A stretch of 64,000 nucleotides of DNA from Candidatus Latescibacterota bacterium (lineage in GTDB: Bacteria > Latescibacterota > UBA2968 > UBA8231). Position 1 is the stretch's first letter. Each line of letters starts with the position of its first letter. The notes under the pieces are model-generated. The model saw only the letters and a list, made by a program, of their open reading frames with translations, made no database searches and was not told the origin of the DNA. The DNA is taken from NCBI GenBank assembly GCA_965206595.1, contig OZ242214.1:416001-480000 (forward strand), in the 5' to 3' direction. The position numbers and the translations under genes are program-made. Shown here one piece after another: positions 60,536-64,000 of the stretch.

Positions 60536-63312
60536 CCGACCTCGTCTACACGCCAGGAAGCCTCGTCAGCGCGCGCGGGCGGGAGTGGGTCGTCCTCACC
60601 GGAAGCTCGGCGGAGACCTTGCGGGTCCGTCCTGTCACGGGAACGGATGAGGACCGGACGCTGATCCACCTGCCTCTCGAGGTCGAGCCGGTTCACGAGG
60701 CCCGGTTCCCCTTGCCGAGTTCGGATCAACTCGGCGGGCACGACTCGGCCCTGCTGCTCCGCGACGCCTTGCTGCTCTCGCTGCGACGGGGTGCCGGACC
60801 GTTTCGGAGCTTTGGACAGATCTCGGTTGAGCCGCGCGCCTACCAGCTCGTGCCGCTGCTGATGGCGCTCAAGCTCGATCCGGTGCGCCTGCTCATCGCC
60901 GACGACGTCGGGGTCGGGAAGACGATCGAGGCTCTGCTCATCGCTCGCGAGCTTCTCGACCGCGGCGACATCGATCGCACCGTCGTCCTCTGCCCGCCGC
61001 ACCTCGTGGACCAGTGGGTCACCGAGCTGGAGGTTCGCTTCCATATCCGCGCCGCAGCCGTCACCGCCCGGAGCACGCGACGCTTGGAGCGGGGCATTCC
61101 GCCGGGCGCAAGCATTTTCTCGGAGTACCCGCACACGGTCGTCAGTCTCGACTACGTGAAGACCAGCGAGAGACGAGACCACTTCCTCCAGGCGTGTCCC
61201 GACTTCGTGATCGTTGACGAGGCCCACACGTGCGCCTCCGCCAGCCGGGGCCGGCATCAGCGACACGAGCTGCTCAAGGGCTTGGCCGGCACCGCATCGC
61301 GGCACCTCGTCCTGCTCACGGCGACTCCGCATAGCGGCGATGACGCCGCCTTCTACCGGCTGCTCGGCCTGCTCTCACCGGACTTCGAGGGCCTGGGGGA
61401 GGTCACGGGTACGGCGCGCGAACGTCTTCGCGACCGACTGGCGAGGCACTTCGTCCAGAGACGACGCCCCGACATAGCCGAGTGGCACGATGGCGACATC
61501 TTCCCACGCCGCGAAACCAGGGAACTCACCTACCAGCTCACCGGAGCCTGGGAAGCCTTCTTCAACAACGTCCTCGATTATTGCGCCGAAGTCGTGGCGA
61601 CAGGCGCCGGGGACGAGATGCGGCAGCGCCTCAACTTCTGGGGAACGCTGGCGCTCCTGCGCTGCACCGGGTCGAGCCCCGTTGCGGCCGTGCTGGCCTT
61701 GCGCACCCGTGCCGGCGAGGATCTCGGCGACGAGACCCGCGAGGATCTTCTCGATCGCATCTTCGACGGTGACGTCGACGCACTCGTCGCGGACGACGTC
61801 GAGCCGCCGGTCGGGGGCGATAGCCCGGCGCTGGCACGGCTGATCAGGCGGGCGGAGAGCCTCGCGGGCCAGAGCGGCGATCCGAAGCTCAAGACCGCCT
61901 CGGAACACGTCGCGGAGCTGGTCGAGGCGGGGTTCAACGTGGTGGTGTTCTGTCGCTTCATCGCGACCGCTCACTACGTGGCCCGCCACTTCCGCGAGAA
62001 CCTGAAGGGAAGTGCCGTCGGCGTCGTGACCGGCGAGATGCCCCCGGAAGAGCGCCAGGCGCTAGTAGCGCGGATCGGCGCGACGGAAGGCGCCAGGGTC
62101 CTGGTCACCACCGACTGCCTGTCGGAGGGCGTCAATCTGCAGGAGTACTTCGACGCCGTCGTTCACTACGACCTGTCGTGGAACCCGACGCGGCATGAGC
62201 AGCGCGAGGGCCGTGTGGATCGCTTCGGCCAGCCGAGCAAGACGGTGCGCGCAACGCTCCTCTACGGCGACAACCCGATTGATGGCGCGGTGCTCCAGGT
62301 CATCCTGCGCAAGGCCGCCCGTATCCGGGAGGAGCTCGGCGTCCCAGTGCCGGTGCCGGACGAGGGCCACTCGCTCACCCAGGCGCTCCTCAAGGCCGTG
62401 CTTCTGCGCCGGCGCGGCCGCTCCGCCGGCGCCGAAGGTCGACAGCTCGAGCTGTTCGAGAGTCAGTGGGAGGACACGAGGGAAAAGGCGAAACGGAGTC
62501 GGACCGTGTTCGCCCAGCGGCGTATCAACCCCGAGGAGGTGCTGCCCGAGTGGCACAAGAGTCTCGCCGCGGTCGGCGGCCGCGACGATGTGCAGCGCTT
62601 TGCGAGTCGCGCTCTCGCCCGGCTCGGCTCCGGGCTCGAACCGCTCGGGCGGGGATTCAAGGTTCCAACGGCCCCGCTGCCGGCGGAGGTCCGCGAGCGT
62701 CTGGAGACGGAAGACATCGCGGGTACGATTGCCATAGACTTCGCCTATCCCTCGGCCCCGGGATGCCGTCCCGTCCAGCGCAGCCATCCTCTCATCGCGG
62801 TGCTCGCCGAGACGCTGCTCGGTCGGACCCTCTCGGTCGACAACAAGGGCGCCATAGCCAGCGACCCCTCGGTCCTCGGACGCGTCGGCTGCTGGATCTC
62901 CGAGGGAGTGCGCGTCCGATCAACGGTCGTCCTTCTCCGGCTGCGCCACCAGCTCTCGTCCCGCACGACGCGCCAAGAGACGCTGATGGTTGAAGAGGCG
63001 ACCGCGTTGGCCTGGCTCGCTGCCGGAACCGCAGGGCCGACCACCGGGCCCGAAGCCCTCTCACTGCTCGCGCTCGCTCCCGCCGATGATCCCCCGCGGC
63101 ATGTTCGCGAACGCGAGGTCGCACGAGCCCTCGCCCTGCTGCAGAAGCGCGCGGAAGATCTCGAGGAATTCGCGGCCCTCCGCGCGGGTGCCTTGCTCGA
63201 CGACCATTTGCGGGTGCGCGAAGCCAGCAGGGCGACCGGGAGAACCTCCGTCCAGGCCCACCCGCGTCCCGACGTGATCGGCGTGTACGTGCTCCTGCCG
63301 GCGGTGGACTGA
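60532..63312 (+). CDS. SNF2-family helicase (DrmD-like)
   Basis: GTGA overlap with the upstream gene; ADDVGVGKT, DEAH, TATPH, SEGVNLQ and WNPTRHEQREGRVDRFGQ. Confidence 0.9.
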   Translation: MTDLVYTPGSLVSARGREWVVLTGSSAETLRVRPVTGTDEDRTLIHLPLEVEPVHEARFPLPSSDQLGGHDSALLLRDALLLSLRRGAGPFRSFGQISVEPRAYQLVPLLMALKLDPVRLLIADDVGVGKTIEALLIARELLDRGDIDRTVVLCPPHLVDQWVTELEVRFHIRAAAVTARSTRRLERGIPPGASIFSEYPHTVVSLDYVKTSERRDHFLQACPDFVIVDEAHTCASASRGRHQRHELLKGLAGTASRHLVLLTATPHSGDDAAFYRLLGLLSPDFEGLGEVTGTARERLRDRLARHFVQRRRPDIAEWHDGDIFPRRETRELTYQLTGAWEAFFNNVLDYCAEVVATGAGDEMRQRLNFWGTLALLRCTGSSPVAAVLALRTRAGEDLGDETREDLLDRIFDGDVDALVADDVEPPVGGDSPALARLIRRAESLAGQSGDPKLKTASEHVAELVEAGFNVVVFCRFIATAHYVARHFRENLKGSAVGVVTGEMPPEERQALVARIGATEGARVLVTTDCLSEGVNLQEYFDAVVHYDLSWNPTRHEQREGRVDRFGQPSKTVRATLLYGDNPIDGAVLQVILRKAARIREELGVPVPVPDEGHSLTQALLKAVLLRRRGRSAGAEGRQLELFESQWEDTREKAKRSRTVFAQRRINPEEVLPEWHKSLAAVGGRDDVQRFASRALARLGSGLEPLGRGFKVPTAPLPAEVRERLETEDIAGTIAIDFAYPSAPGCRPVQRSHPLIAVLAETLLGRTLSVDNKGAIASDPSVLGRVGCWISEGVRVRSTVVLLRLRHQLSSRTTRQETLMVEEATALAWLAAGTAGPTTGPEALSLLALAPADDPPRHVREREVARALALLQKRAEDLEEFAALRAGALLDDHLRVREASRATGRTSVQAHPRPDVIGVYVLLPAVD

Positions 63313-63314
63313 CC

Positions 63315-64000
63315 ATGCCGCCTCGTCGAAGCAGCCCGGGCGAGGCTCATATCGCCTTCGATGCCCTCGCGATCGAGGGCGGTCTTCTTGGCGCCGAGTG
63401 GCTTGGAAGGGTGGCTCAGCTCCAGGCCGCGGCCCAGGAGCCAGCCGACTACCGCGTTCCGAAGGGCCTCGAAATCCGCGACGAGATTGCCCGGGGCTGG
63501 CGCATTGCCCAGGCATGCTTTCAGGAAATGGAAACCGGTCGGGCCTCGGGAGGCGATGCCCGTGCGCTTGCCGAGCAATTCCTCGAGGCTCTTCTCCGCG
63601 ACGCGCTTGGTTTCGCGTCCGTCGCGCGCACGGCGCCAAGGACAATCGGCGACCGGGTGTACCCGGTTCGGTTCTTCGCACTCGGCGACCGTGTTCCTGT
63701 CGTGGTTGCTCCGGCAGGAGCGGGCCTGGACGCCCCCCTGCCCGAGCTGGGAGACGACCGGCGGCGCCGGACCGCATTCGGGCTCCTGCAGGAGATGCTG
63801 AACGCCTCCGACGCGGCGCTGTGGGGCCTCGCGTCGGACGGGCTCTCGCTGCGGATCGCGCGCGACAACGCGAGTCTCACGCGCCCGGCGTGGATCGAAG
63901 CCGACCTCGGCAGGATCTTCACGGAGGATCTGTACCCCGACTTCGCCGCGCTCTGGCTCCTCGCGCACGAGTCCCGGTTCGGCCGCGCTGACGACCCGCC
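63315..64000 (+). CDS. N-terminus of a large N6-adenine DNA methylase / type IIG-like protein (DrmMI-like); partial
   Basis: Own translation MPPRRSS...IEGGLL...DEIARGW...LLQEMLNASD..LWGLASDGLSLRIARDNASLTRPAWIEADL..IF...DFAALWLLAHESRF, open to the window end. Catalytic motifs lie outside the window, so the call rests on N-terminal resemblance and context. Confidence 0.65.
   Translation, partial: MPPRRSSPGEAHIAFDALAIEGGLLGAEWLGRVAQLQAAAQEPADYRVPKGLEIRDEIARGWRIAQACFQEMETGRASGGDARALAEQFLEALLRDALGFASVARTAPRTIGDRVYPVRFFALGDRVPVVVAPAGAGLDAPLPELGDDRRRRTAFGLLQEMLNASDAALWGLASDGLSLRIARDNASLTRPAWIEADLGRIFTEDLYPDFAALWLLAHESRFGRADDP

Noticed and set aside
1-64000. tRNA, rRNA, prophage structural genes or integrase
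   Set aside because: None recognised by eye; a tRNAscan/Infernal run would be needed to exclude small RNAs.

Overview
GC-rich bacterial chromosome segment. Its gene repertoire (WD40/Ig proteins with PNPFN-type C-terminal domains, proteins ending in SWGxIK, AAA-ATPase/PD-(D/E)XK genes) suggests a Latescibacterota/Gemmatimonadota/Poribacteria-like organism; this is inference only. From left to right: (1) 1-4.8 kb, metabolic genes (MetE-like 3' end, HAD, SDR, FGGY kinase, class II aldolase). (2) About 7.2-22.4 kb, an AT-richer island that appears to split one large secreted peptidase-WD40-Ig gene into two halves. It holds an IS1595 transposase interrupted by an intact ISL3, HEPN and DUF3800-like cargo with a repeated ~80-bp downstream site, two copies of a ~1-kb module (promoter, structured leader, HTH, Zn finger, structured trailer) flanking a beta-propeller gene, and radC. 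(3) 23.7-30.8 kb, SET, phosphoesterase, HAD, a eukaryote-like alkyl-DHAP synthase, MlrC and RraA. (4) 31-38.2 kb, four diversified CBM9-like secreted paralogs. (5) 38-49 kb, hydantoinase A/B, AAA-PD-(D/E)XK, DUF429, BNR hydrolase and aldo/keto reductase. (6) 49-55 kb, a 450-bp duplication and three toxin-antitoxin modules with dead toxins. (7) 55-64 kb, a DISARM/Druantia-related operon (DUF1998 helicase, SNF2 helicase, methylase-like gene running off the window). No rRNA, tRNA or CRISPR array was recognised. All calls come from reading motifs by eye; no database search was run.
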